Assembly: GCA_963811105.1 (NCBI GenBank)
Contig: CAWEPZ010000002.1
Location: 32,001-96,000 of the forward strand
Source of the DNA: Candidatus Bathyarchaeota archaeon
Lineage (GTDB): Archaea; Thermoproteota; Bathyarchaeia; Bathyarchaeales; Bathycorpusculaceae
Direction of reading: 5' to 3'
Length of the DNA stretch: 64,000 bases
The position numbers and the translations under genes are program-made. Each line of letters opens with the position of its first letter. Within the stretch, counting starts at the first letter, position 1. The notes under the pieces were generated by a model that was not told the origin of the DNA, did no database searches, and saw only the letters and a program-made list of their open reading frames with translations. Positions 52,238-61,581 of this stretch are shown here, one piece after another.

Positions 52238-52642
52238 ATGCGTAGAAGTTTAACAATAACTGCAGAAAACGACAAAAAAGTTCAACTTGCCAGAGGCTTA
52301 TTTCTAAATGACGCAGAGGCTCCAATAGACGTGGACTATACTACGATGGTCAATTTTTTCCTTGAACTCGGACACAAACTATTCTATTCAATGAAAAAAG
52401 ATAGTGCTCAAATAACCATTGTTAAAAATGAAGTTAACAGCATCCTGTCAAAGTACATTATGGGTTCAGAGCTTAAAGATGAGGCGGTTTTAGACCAGTT
52501 TACTGATGTCTTTTATAAGAAACTCATTGAGCAATTACAAAAAACAGCAGTTGAAGTGGGTAATCAAGAATCTGTGCCGGAATTGGCTACTCAAAGATCA
52601 AATTCGACAACCTCAAATAAATCTCCAGAATACGTCTCATAG
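52238..52642 (+). CDS. Hypothetical protein (possible RHH-like N-terminus)
   Basis: 134-aa ORF with RBS GAGGTGA upstream. Confidence 0.5.
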   Translation: MRRSLTITAENDKKVQLARGLFLNDAEAPIDVDYTTMVNFFLELGHKLFYSMKKDSAQITIVKNEVNSILSKYIMGSELKDEAVLDQFTDVFYKKLIEQLQKTAVEVGNQESVPELATQRSNSTTSNKSPEYVS

Positions 52643-52831
52643 CACACATAAGGCGCCGAACTCCAAACTTTTCTCATTACAGTTCTAAAAGCGTAGTTGA
52701 TTGATTCCTTTTTCCTCTATTTTCTGCTTGAGGGGGGAATATTGTTTTTATAGCTTGATTAGGGCAATTGTATATCTAAAAAACTTGTAAATGCATAAAT
52801 TAAATCGTTAACAAAAGTAGGAAAATATCAT

Positions 52832-54370
52832 TTGGGCAAGAATCAAATAAGGGTTCATTACAGTGGGTTTATCATTTTTTCGTCACAGTTGATCAGTGTA
52901 GCAACCGGACTCATCTTTACTCTTTTGCTTACCCGAAATATGAATACCGCCCAATTTGGCATTTGGACAAACATCTTTGATTACACAGGTTACTTTATCC
53001 TCTTTAGCAACATTTTGCCCTTCTGGGCAACTCGCTTTATGGCACGCGAGAAAGAAGGAACGGTCAAAACCAGTACTTTGGGGCAACTTTTCATAGCTAT
53101 TGTTTCAACCATAATTTATCTTCCTGCGATATTTCTGATCTCTCAGGCAATCGGTACCCAAACTTACCTGTTGGTCTACCTAGTTTCAGGATTATACATC
53201 TTTAACTTTTTCATGGTTGCTGTCTTTGAAGGCGTTTTGCGCTCTATTAGACCACAGGTAATTGGATATGGCTTGCTCATTGAAGAAGTTGTGAAGGTCG
53301 CCGTTGCTTTACTGGTCATAGTAGGGTTAGGTCAGTTATTCCTCGGTGCAATATTAGCCTTAGTTGTTTCCGGCTTAGTTCAAGTATTGTATTATACCAT
53401 GAATTTAGCTGGCGAATTTAAGCAAAATGTTAACTGGGGCTACCTTAAAGAATGGCTTAAGGGTTCAGCGGCGATTGCATACAGCGCTATTGGCAGCCAA
53501 TTAATGTCATTTGTGTTTATATTGCTCTTCGTTTACGGTGGGTCAGACACCCGAGCCTTTTACCAAGCAGCATTCACATTTACCAACGTAATCGCCTTTT
53601 CTGGTTCTTTGGCTTTTGCCTTGTACCCTAAGCTTTTAGCTAAAACCTGTCCAGAAGAACAGATAGGCGTTTCTTTTAGAACAGTGATGATGTTGGCAAT
53701 TCCATTATCTTCAATAGTGGTGGCTATGTCTACCTCCTTCTTAACGATGCTAAGCGTATCTTACACTGCTGTCTGGCCCGCTGTTATCGCATTAACGCTT
53801 GACACATTTGTGGTTTTGATATCAACCTTTTATTCTTCATGCTTAATGGGTGCAGAAACGTTTGATGAGGAGGGCAAAGTTTCTCTTCGAAAACTAGTCA
53901 GAAGCAAAATCTTTCTCGTATTCAGCCTTCCTTACATTCAGGCGGCGATTGCTGTGCCCGTAACGTATTTGGTTCTAACTCAGCTGACGGTAGCTGGGTC
54001 AACACAAGCAGTAGTATATGTTATTGCTGTGCTCATTAGCGTTCATCTTGCAACCTTAGTTGGATTATATTGGTTCATGCGCAGTTCTGTCAGACTGCCT
54101 GTCGATTGGAAAAGCATATCCAAATATGTTCTTGCCTCAATCCTTATGGGCCTTGCACTTTTCCTGCTTCCTTTTACTTCAACGTTGATTCTAACAGTAT
54201 CTAAAGCAATTGCCGGTTTTGGACTCTATTTTGGTTTACTCTTGGCAATTGATGCCCAAGCAAGAGATCTCCTTCGATTGATCTTGGAAGAAATCAAGGG
54301 CACAATTAGAGATCTATTTAATAGCGTCAATAATTCAGATCAGAACACTTCCGACGCAAGTGAAAATTAA
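52832..54370 (+). CDS. Polysaccharide flippase (MOP/Wzx-like) membrane protein
   Basis: About 12-14 TM helices; LLTRNMNTAQFGIW N-terminal Wzx pattern. Confidence 0.8.
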   Translation: MGKNQIRVHYSGFIIFSSQLISVATGLIFTLLLTRNMNTAQFGIWTNIFDYTGYFILFSNILPFWATRFMAREKEGTVKTSTLGQLFIAIVSTIIYLPAIFLISQAIGTQTYLLVYLVSGLYIFNFFMVAVFEGVLRSIRPQVIGYGLLIEEVVKVAVALLVIVGLGQLFLGAILALVVSGLVQVLYYTMNLAGEFKQNVNWGYLKEWLKGSAAIAYSAIGSQLMSFVFILLFVYGGSDTRAFYQAAFTFTNVIAFSGSLAFALYPKLLAKTCPEEQIGVSFRTVMMLAIPLSSIVVAMSTSFLTMLSVSYTAVWPAVIALTLDTFVVLISTFYSSCLMGAETFDEEGKVSLRKLVRSKIFLVFSLPYIQAAIAVPVTYLVLTQLTVAGSTQAVVYVIAVLISVHLATLVGLYWFMRSSVRLPVDWKSISKYVLASILMGLALFLLPFTSTLILTVSKAIAGFGLYFGLLLAIDAQARDLLRLILEEIKGTIRDLFNSVNNSDQNTSDASEN

Positions 54371-54435
54371 TATGGTTAAAGAGAGCAATTTAGTTTAGGC
54401 GATTTTTCATTCGCTCAGTAAGGTTGATCTAATAA

Positions 54436-55050
54436 GTGAAAGATGAATGTGGAATCTGCGGTCGAGTTCTGCGGGTTTCTTACATGCGTACTTGTCAACG
54501 CTGCAAAAAATTGTACTGTCGAGATTGCATGGTGCCTGACCTCGCAACTGGTGACAATAATATAATGTTGTGTCTCCATTGTGCAAGGCGGGTGGTTGCA
54601 CCAATTTCAAAAGGCAAATATGATGGGCTTGAGCGTCACCTAAAATTCAGAGCTGCCTTCACTGGAATAGTTAAGCTTTCTTTCGCAAGAATTGACGGCT
54701 TAATCGGCAGTAGTCTTCCAATGAGCGCCTTCAAAGATGTAGCTTGGTGGAGTAACTCTTCATCTAGCGCTCATGCTAAAGCCTGGTTGAATGCAGGGTG
54801 GGAAGTTCAAGAGCTTAACCTTAAAGAAGGCTTTGTTGTCTTTAAGAAAGTGCGTGATGTCGCAATCAAAAAAGGTCCTCGACGTAAACTTGAGATAAAC
54901 AAACCCTTCACGCCTGTGCCTGTTCATTTACCACGATCGCGAGTGCCGTCTAAAACCAAGGTATCCAAACTTTATGCTAGAATAAAAAATTTGGAGAAGC
55001 AGCGAGCCACCCCTCAGCGGTTTAGGGGTTTAAAGTCTAGGCGACGGTAA
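54436..55050 (+). CDS. Zn-finger protein fused to a KY..L...F..I...LP.SA....WWSN....AW..AGW domain
   Basis: Four CxxC pairs followed by a conserved WWSN/AGW motif domain and a basic tail. Confidence 0.6.
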   Translation: MKDECGICGRVLRVSYMRTCQRCKKLYCRDCMVPDLATGDNNIMLCLHCARRVVAPISKGKYDGLERHLKFRAAFTGIVKLSFARIDGLIGSSLPMSAFKDVAWWSNSSSSAHAKAWLNAGWEVQELNLKEGFVVFKKVRDVAIKKGPRRKLEINKPFTPVPVHLPRSRVPSKTKVSKLYARIKNLEKQRATPQRFRGLKSRRR

Positions 55051-55081
55051 GAAGCTTTTTAGGTTCAAATTACAAATTACA

Positions 55082-55645
55082 GTGGCAATTAACGCTAATC
55101 CGAATGGGTTATTGATGTTTGAGCGTACTGTCAGCTTAGAAATCGATGAAGCATACCAAGACTTGAAAACTACTTTGGTCAAAAAAGGTTGCAAGATAAT
55201 CTCTGAATATCCACCAATGAGAATAATTGTTAAACAAGGGTCATTGTGGGGGATGACTCCTAAAACGGCTAAGAGAAATGTGGATTTTAGTTTGAAATAT
55301 ACTGATTCAGAAACAAAAGTGATGACTTCATCTCGTCTAAGCTCAGACTGGAAAAACATCACATTAATTGGTTGTGCCTTCGCTGCCGTGTTAATTGGAG
55401 TCTGCCTTTGGATAGCGTTTGATTTGAGCTCATTTATGATTATTCAAAAACCCAGTTTTTGGAGTTGGCTTATAACTTTTAACGGCAGCGTGGATTTGCA
55501 AATTGGACAATTTTTTGTTAATATGACAAAAGGCTTTGCGGTTTTTCTTTCGGTAATTATTCTTTTGGAAATTGTCGTCATCGTTTACGTGCATGCAGGA
55601 ATAGACCGGTTTGCTAAAGAAGTCCTTAATTCGCTGTCAAATTGA
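55082..55645 (+). CDS. Membrane protein, hypothetical
   Basis: Soluble N-domain and two TM helices. Confidence 0.55.
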   Translation: MAINANPNGLLMFERTVSLEIDEAYQDLKTTLVKKGCKIISEYPPMRIIVKQGSLWGMTPKTAKRNVDFSLKYTDSETKVMTSSRLSSDWKNITLIGCAFAAVLIGVCLWIAFDLSSFMIIQKPSFWSWLITFNGSVDLQIGQFFVNMTKGFAVFLSVIILLEIVVIVYVHAGIDRFAKEVLNSLSN

Positions 55646-55653
55646 GGACTTTG

Positions 55654-56790
55654 TTAAGCGATGTTTTTTCCGCATTTTTCGCAATAAGAAGCATAGGATT
55701 TGTTGCTTGAGCCGCAATAAATGCAGAATTTGTTAGAGTCAGAACTAGAATCTGCCGTTTCGATGACGCTTGGATCTGAAGAAATCGCTTGGGTGACGAT
55801 TGGTTGTTCCTTGGGGCTTTTTGCTGATTTGACTGCTACTATGATGCAGATTGCTACTGCAGCTACAATTATTATAAAGAGTATGGGGGCTTCTGAAATT
55901 AGATTGAGTGACATTGGTAGGGCTGGTTGAACGGTTGGTCCTGTAACGTTTGGTGAAGTGGTCGGGTTCGGTTCAAACGTTGGAATTGATGATGGTTCAG
56001 GCGTAGTTGCAGTGATGGTCGGATTGGGGTCAATAGATGTTATTCCTTGAAGGGGTGGAACATATTGTTGATTCTCGTCTACTGAATATACATTAGCGGT
56101 TTGACCGCTGAACTGGTCTGGAAGTTGACCAATTGTGTAGCCGGATGCTGTAGTTTCACAGTAATAATAAGTTTGACTATTGTAGGTCCAGTAGGTGCCT
56201 TTAAGATTATTTCCTAGTATACCTACCGCTAAATGATCTGGTGGATTAATGTAAACTGTGCCGTAATCCAATATTAGCGTTAATGTCGCAAAAAGTGTTG
56301 AATGGGATTTGCAGTCACCAACTTGATCAACTAAAGTTTCAATAGGGAATCTTGGGTATGATTGGTAACCTGTGCTCACATTGTCTGTTTGGTAAGGTAT
56401 ACTTTGCACGAAGGCCAAAACAAAGTTCACTTGGTCGTATGAGCTGTATCCCAGCTGTGTTGAGGTTTCATTTAGTTTCTCTGCTAAACTTCGAAGGTAG
56501 GAATCTTGAGTTGAAGTGAAGTAGCCAAAGTTGTCAGCTCCAAACTGGGTTCGCACTGAATCTGGAACAGCTTTGTACGCGGCATACGATGCTGCTGGAA
56601 CGCTAAGGTTCCATGTCCAATGATGACCTTGGTAGTCCCATGCAAACAATCGGTCATAATATTGGGTTTCGTTGCGGCTTTGGGCGGTGACGGTTTGGAA
56701 GGGACTAATTATTGGCAAGGAGACAATACATGCTAATGTAAATATGATTAATAGTTTAATTGGTTTTGAGTTTAGGCGTGTTTTGCCCAT
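55654..56790 (-). CDS. Membrane-anchored transglutaminase-like protein with C-terminal Zn ribbon
   Basis: Signal peptide, FVQSIPY..D, GDC, HLAVG, CETT (Cys-His-Glu), P/T linker, TM helix, CIYC...CEKC. Confidence 0.75.
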   Translation of the reverse strand: MGKTRLNSKPIKLLIIFTLACIVSLPIISPFQTVTAQSRNETQYYDRLFAWDYQGHHWTWNLSVPAASYAAYKAVPDSVRTQFGADNFGYFTSTQDSYLRSLAEKLNETSTQLGYSSYDQVNFVLAFVQSIPYQTDNVSTGYQSYPRFPIETLVDQVGDCKSHSTLFATLTLILDYGTVYINPPDHLAVGILGNNLKGTYWTYNSQTYYYCETTASGYTIGQLPDQFSGQTANVYSVDENQQYVPPLQGITSIDPNPTITATTPEPSSIPTFEPNPTTSPNVTGPTVQPALPMSLNLISEAPILFIIIVAAVAICIIVAVKSAKSPKEQPIVTQAISSDPSVIETADSSSDSNKFCIYCGSSNKSYASYCEKCGKNIA

Positions 56791-56859
56791 TTAAACATCT
56801 TCGATCGATAAGATGTATCATTCAATCGTTTAAAACTTCTCCCAAATTGCTTCTAATAG

Positions 56860-57237
56860 TTAACTGTTAAACGAGTGTAACAAGTGGTTAGACTGTAGAA
56901 CAGCCACTATCAAAAGACAAACAAGCACCAATATTGACGAATAAGAAACTGACTGAAAAAGCATTGAGAACGAAACTGAAGCAGGAACCACAAGCAACAA
57001 AAAATAAACAAAAACAATCGCTCCAAGCCTATTTCCAACACTTTCTTTTTTAACAAATCCCCTTCCGAAGAATGAACCTGCAAGTCTTCCAAATCCGATC
57101 GTGCCTGAAATGCATATGACCCAGCTGATGCAACATAGTCTACGCAAAATAATGTGGATTAATAACGTTTCAAAAAATAGGTATAGCCAACCATAAGTTT
57201 GGTTGAAAAAGAATACGCCCAAGAAAGCGAGAAACAC
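56860..57237 (-). CDS. Small multi-TM membrane protein
   Basis: Hydrophobic 125-aa ORF; start uncertain. Confidence 0.45.
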   Translation of the reverse strand: MFLAFLGVFFFNQTYGWLYLFFETLLIHIILRRLCCISWVICISGTIGFGRLAGSFFGRGFVKKESVGNRLGAIVFVYFLLLVVPASVSFSMLFQSVSYSSILVLVCLLIVAVLQSNHLLHSFNS

Positions 57238-57325
57238 GCATGAAAGAAGCCCAAGATTTTCCCAAATAATCAGGCGACGGGTGATTCGAGTTTTTCTTCA
57301 GTTAAGAGTTTAGCTCATGTTTCTG

Positions 57326-57622
57326 TTACTTTTGCTTGATTATGCCGTAGCTTTGCTTCTTCCACGCATCTCTAAACTTGTTGTAATAATCAATCGGTTG
57401 AAAAACAGGTGCATAAGTTAACTCCCACTCAAGGCCACATTTGCATACAGCGTACACTTGTTTTTTGTATATATTCGCTAAAATCTGAAGAAGTTCCTTG
57501 TGGCATTTCGGGCAATAATAGGGGCCATTAACCATTTGCTTGGCATCTTTAGTTAGAATTTTCATACGACTATTAGGAACTTTTTTGTTAGGTACCTTCC
57601 CAGTTTCCTTTCCTAAACCCAT
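57326..57622 (-). CDS. Elf1-like zinc-ribbon protein
   Basis: Basic N-terminus, YYCPKC...C.CG...QPIDYYNKFRD (Elf1 pattern CxxC...CxxC...PxDxYxxxxD). Confidence 0.55.
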   Translation of the reverse strand: MGLGKETGKVPNKKVPNSRMKILTKDAKQMVNGPYYCPKCHKELLQILANIYKKQVYAVCKCGLEWELTYAPVFQPIDYYNKFRDAWKKQSYGIIKQK

Positions 57623-57854
57623 CTTTTTCGACCTAATCAAAATATACCCATGCACAGACTAAGATATACCATTCCATCTAAAAAACAGAATTTTTTTGGT
57701 TTTGGCTTTGTTTACTTTTTTTTGCAAATTCTTGAACTAGCTATTTTGGTGGCTTTTCTAATTATTGGGTTTGTGGTGTTTGCAGATTGCGTCTAGAATT
57801 ATCGCAAATTATCGTGAAACAAATTTTTGACCTGTTTTGAATGGCATAATAATT

Positions 57855-58277
57855 CTATCTTAATTTAGTGCAAATTTTGTTTGTTCGATTTGAATTGTTG
57901 AATTGCATATTTAATACATGTACACTTTGAGCAATTTTATTCTTGCATTTCTCACAATGCTCTGCATCTTCATCAATTATTGCTTCACAATATGGACAAG
58001 TGGTTTTACTAGGAAGGCTTAGTTGTTTGATTGGAATAAATGCCGGGGTATTCTTCCGCAAAAACATTGAACCAAAAGCTATGAAGCCAATTCCAAAGAA
58101 GATATCTCCAAAATTGGAGCTAATAGAATAATGTATCAATGACAGCAGCCCCACAATTATTAGAATAATGCCTATAATTGCTCCAGCCAAGTAAACAATC
58201 CTCATATTATCTAATAGGTCACCCAAGTTATTCCCACCACAATAATACTTCAAATTAAAGTTAAATCTTTGAAACAT
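57855..58277 (-). CDS. Two-TM membrane protein with C-terminal Zn ribbon
   Basis: Two TM helices, CPYC...CEKC. Confidence 0.55.
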   Translation of the reverse strand: MFQRFNFNLKYYCGGNNLGDLLDNMRIVYLAGAIIGIILIIVGLLSLIHYSISSNFGDIFFGIGFIAFGSMFLRKNTPAFIPIKQLSLPSKTTCPYCEAIIDEDAEHCEKCKNKIAQSVHVLNMQFNNSNRTNKICTKLR

Positions 58278-58494
58278 CTAAAGAACTTCTTTTATCGATG
58301 GCAAGGGCAAGTTCTCTTATCACCAGCAAATTAAAGAATGGCTCAAAGTCAGCTAAAAGTCAAAGATTCTACTAATAACCAATTGAACACTAATGCTAGT
58401 AAGATTAATCAGCTGAATGTTCAAAACCTTCCTGAGGATGAGTGCAATAAACTTAAATCAAGCATAGATAATGGAAATACAAGCAATATCGTAT

Positions 58495-58573
58495 GCGGTC
58501 GTCGTCTAGTCTGGTTTAGGACATTAGCCTTCCAAGCTAATGATCCCGGGTTCAAATCCCGGCGACCGCACCA
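58495..58573 (+). tRNA. tRNA-Gly (anticodon TCC), CCA encoded
   Basis: Acceptor stem GCGGTCG/CGACCGC, anticodon arm TTAGC-CTTCCAA-GCTAA, T-arm CCGGG-TTCAAAT-CCCGG, ends ACCA. Confidence 0.97.
58526..58546 (+). repeat. attL core (within tRNA-Gly anticodon arm and variable loop)
   Basis: Identical to 63405-63425. Confidence 0.9.
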
Positions 58574-58926
58574 TTTCTACCTTCTGTTCTAAAAATACAA
58601 CCCGATTTAAGCTCTGTTTGGGGTTACTAAATTCTGTAACTGGTTACAATTTTCCGTAACCATAATTCCAGCGTTCTAAAGCAGCCTCAATTCTTCCCGT
58701 AGCTCCTCAATTTTTACTCGTATCCGATGTTTTAAGCGTCTTAGTGTAATTCGCGTTGAAGCTTTGAGGGACCCGAGTTAAAAACAGCCTGTGTGAACTA
58801 TGCAGATGCGCGTGTCCGATTGCTGCGGAAGCAGAGTTCAATTCGTTGTGAAATAAGAAAAAGTATGGTGCAAAGGCCTTCAAAATTCGCCATTGCTACC
58901 AATTGCATGCGCTTGCAGACTCTTGC

Positions 58927-59283
58927 CTAAATCAGCAGAGGTATGCTTTTTGGCGTCGTTCCGTCGAGAGCAAGGTGACTTCCATATGCAACGCCGAGTG
59001 ATAGCAGCCAAGCTTTTTGATTTTCCGTGAGTTGTTTGTCCTGCAATATTCTGTTGCCGCCATAGGAAATCAAACCCAACGTTGCACCGCTGTGGAACAA
59101 GCTCCTATGATTAGGATTAGTGGCAGGCTCAAGCATATCGGGAACCAACGCAACCGCCGCTCCGCTTATTCCTACCGCAAGCACTTCCCAGAAGTTTATC
59201 GGCTGGTCTTTCGACAATTTGTAAAGCAAGTAGAAAGCACTTGCTAATACGCCTCCCGAAATTGCGTGACCTTTTGCATCCAT
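58927..59283 (-). CDS. Membrane-bound metal-dependent hydrolase (YdjM-like)
   Basis: MDAKGH, PD, HRSLFHS, SHLALD motifs with TM helices. Confidence 0.8.
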   Translation of the reverse strand: MDAKGHAISGGVLASAFYLLYKLSKDQPINFWEVLAVGISGAAVALVPDMLEPATNPNHRSLFHSGATLGLISYGGNRILQDKQLTENQKAWLLSLGVAYGSHLALDGTTPKSIPLLI

Positions 59284-59297
59284 TCTTTTTCACCTCC

Positions 59298-59537
59298 TCA
59301 ACTATCGTCGCCTAAGATTTTCGCGATTGCAGCGATGCCAAGTAAGAGTAACAGGAAGCCTGCTAAGTTTCCAAGCGCGGTGTCGTTGTTTTGTTTTCCC
59401 GCTTTCAAATCTGCTAAGAATCCACCAACTATCTTGTCAACCATTTCGCTTCTACTTGATGCTGCGCCGCGGCTCACGAGTTCGTCAATAGCTTTGAGGT
59501 GTTCTTGGCGTAATGTAACCAGGACTTTTTCAGACAT
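59298..59537 (-). CDS. Ribbon-helix-helix (CopG-like) regulator with C-terminal hydrophobic helix
   Basis: VLVTL....L..IDELV..G...SRSE; tail LAGFLLLLLGIAAIA. Confidence 0.75.
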   Translation of the reverse strand: MSEKVLVTLRQEHLKAIDELVSRGAASSRSEMVDKIVGGFLADLKAGKQNNDTALGNLAGFLLLLLGIAAIAKILGDDS

Positions 59538-59540
59538 TGT

Positions 59541-59595
59541 TATCTATCCTATATCTATTAGATATAATTAGATATTGTTAGCGTTTCAATAGATA
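59541..59595. promoter_or_regulatory. Putative RHH operator in the divergent promoter
   Basis: Palindrome TATATCTA-T-TAGATATA (59550-59566) and five TATCTA/TAGATA hexamers within 55 bp. Confidence 0.55.
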
Positions 59596-59673
59596 AGTGT
59601 TATTGACACGAATAAGTAAAGGAAGAAGACGATTACGTGCAGAAAAACAAATGTTAAATCTTAAAAAGTCTGA

Positions 59674-60678
59674 TTGAGATACATGCACAATCACGATAAT
59701 TCACAAGGCTTGAAAAGATGGCAAATCGTTCAGAAAGCTGCACGAGAACTCGGAAAAGATATCTTCTCAGCAAGTGATATTGTCAAAAAAATTCATGAGA
59801 ATATGCCCGATGTGCCAACAGGGACCATTACAGCTTATGTAATCTCTATGGCTCCGAAGCATCCATCATACGATGAGTATCCAACGCATCATGACTATTT
59901 CGAGTTTCTCGGTAGCGGGAAATATAGGCTGCTAAGTAAAGATTGTTTGCCGCCGACTTCGATGCCGCCTGTTGCCTTTGGTAAAACAGGCGTGTCTTTA
60001 GCAGATGATAACATTAAAAACGATTTTCTGAAAAAATACCGAGATTTAATCGTGTCTTGGGCGAAGGAGCACAAAGATGAGCTTATAGCGGGCAGACGAG
60101 ATTATCGCTGGACGAACAATACCTTAGCAGAATCCTTGGAAAAGCGAAACAATTTGACAAGGTTAATTGTTCAATCAAGAATAAAAAACGATGGCGCGGT
60201 GGACTTGGCAACCCTTGACAAGATTATGGAATGGGGCTTTCCAAAAAATCCTCAATTTACGCCGCGAGACTCAAACGAGTGCTTGAAAAAAACCCGTCAA
60301 GCCTTCAATTTGCTGGATGAAGGAAAACCAGCCGAAGCCATCTGCAAACTCATGTCATTTCCCTTGATAATATCGAGGGCGTCCAAAATAATTGGGCTTT
60401 CAGACCCGAACTATTTCGCAATCTATGATAGCCGAGTCGGGCTTGCCCTTGCTACCCTGCAAGATGGCGGAGAGAGGGTAATCAAAATTCCGGGAAGAAG
60501 ACCACAACCAGGACGGTTTTTCTTGTCGGATGAAGGCAAATGTACTTCTAAGGATTGGGGCGCGAACTATGAGAAACTCGTGTGGGTTTTGGAAGTAATT
60601 GCGAATGTACTTAACGAAGAGGGCTATCCGTTCAACCTTGCAGACGTGGAAATGGCGTTATTCATGGTGGGAAAATAG
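59674..60678 (+). CDS. wHTH N-domain fused to HhH/DNA-glycosylase-like C-domain, putative defence protein
   Basis: N-terminal wHTH ending GSGKYRL; C-terminal IMEWG, SRASKI, AIYDSRV, DVEMALFM motifs. Confidence 0.5.
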   Translation: MRYMHNHDNSQGLKRWQIVQKAARELGKDIFSASDIVKKIHENMPDVPTGTITAYVISMAPKHPSYDEYPTHHDYFEFLGSGKYRLLSKDCLPPTSMPPVAFGKTGVSLADDNIKNDFLKKYRDLIVSWAKEHKDELIAGRRDYRWTNNTLAESLEKRNNLTRLIVQSRIKNDGAVDLATLDKIMEWGFPKNPQFTPRDSNECLKKTRQAFNLLDEGKPAEAICKLMSFPLIISRASKIIGLSDPNYFAIYDSRVGLALATLQDGGERVIKIPGRRPQPGRFFLSDEGKCTSKDWGANYEKLVWVLEVIANVLNEEGYPFNLADVEMALFMVGK

Positions 60679-60683
60679 AACTA

Positions 60684-61493
60684 ATGAAAGAATATTCAAG
60701 ACAGCATTATGTGCCCCAATTCTACCTTAAGCTGTTTTCGCCAGAAAAGGATGGCGATTATATCTTTTGCTATGACAAGAAAAATGGGAAGACCTTTAGA
60801 ACAAACGCAAGGCAGGTGTGCTATGAAATCGGCTTTAATAGTGATGTGAATAAGCCAGATAAGCTTGTAGAGACGGCTTTTTCATCGCTTGAAGGTAAAT
60901 GTTGCGAGTTATTAATGAAGATTATAAACGCAGAAGACTTGCACGTTTTAGACATAGAAGAATTTGAAAATTTCGTTGAGTTCATGCTGCTGTTTAAGCA
61001 GAGAACCAAGAAACGAAGGGAAATTGTAAGTTTGGCTCGAAATATCTGGCTTGAAAGGAAAAATAGTCAACTTGTAAATAATCAAATTACCGATTGGAAA
61101 GTAGTTTCATCGGCTGACAATCCTGAGCAATCGGACCATCTTTGGTCAATGATTGAAACGTTTGACGATGAGATGCGGCTTATACTCAAAAACGATTGGC
61201 AATTAATCATAAACAAGACTAATGTGCCATTTTTGACATCAGACGACCCATTACTCCAACAGCTTGTTAAAAACGACCCATTATTCAAAGAACCTTACGT
61301 TAAAAACTATTTTGCCTTAACACCAACATTGCTTGTCCATTCCCAACCTTTGGTTGGCAACTATGTGAATTTAACAAGAGCAACCGTAATAGACGAAGAT
61401 TTGGTCCACAATGTTAACCGACTAACATGGAATAACGCTCAAAGGTTCGTAATATCAAAAGAGGACAAATTCCTTGCAACACCCACCTGCTGA
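60684..61493 (+). CDS. DUF4238 domain protein
   Basis: RQHYVPQFYL.LF N-terminal motif; FLTSDDP. Confidence 0.85.
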   Translation: MKEYSRQHYVPQFYLKLFSPEKDGDYIFCYDKKNGKTFRTNARQVCYEIGFNSDVNKPDKLVETAFSSLEGKCCELLMKIINAEDLHVLDIEEFENFVEFMLLFKQRTKKRREIVSLARNIWLERKNSQLVNNQITDWKVVSSADNPEQSDHLWSMIETFDDEMRLILKNDWQLIINKTNVPFLTSDDPLLQQLVKNDPLFKEPYVKNYFALTPTLLVHSQPLVGNYVNLTRATVIDEDLVHNVNRLTWNNAQRFVISKEDKFLATPTC

Positions 61494-61581
61494 GATTGGG
61501 GCTGCAAGGTTTTATAAATTCTGCAAGTTAAAACGCTATCGGGGATAGACAATCAGCGACTTCACTAAAGGAACCAAGGAC

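Noticed and set aside
55930-56040. Pro/Thr-rich quasi-repeats
   Set aside because: Ordinary low-complexity protein linker, not a DNA repeat system.
58338-58592. 84-aa ORF on the + strand
   Set aside because: Its 3' part is simply the tRNA-Gly sequence translated; spurious.
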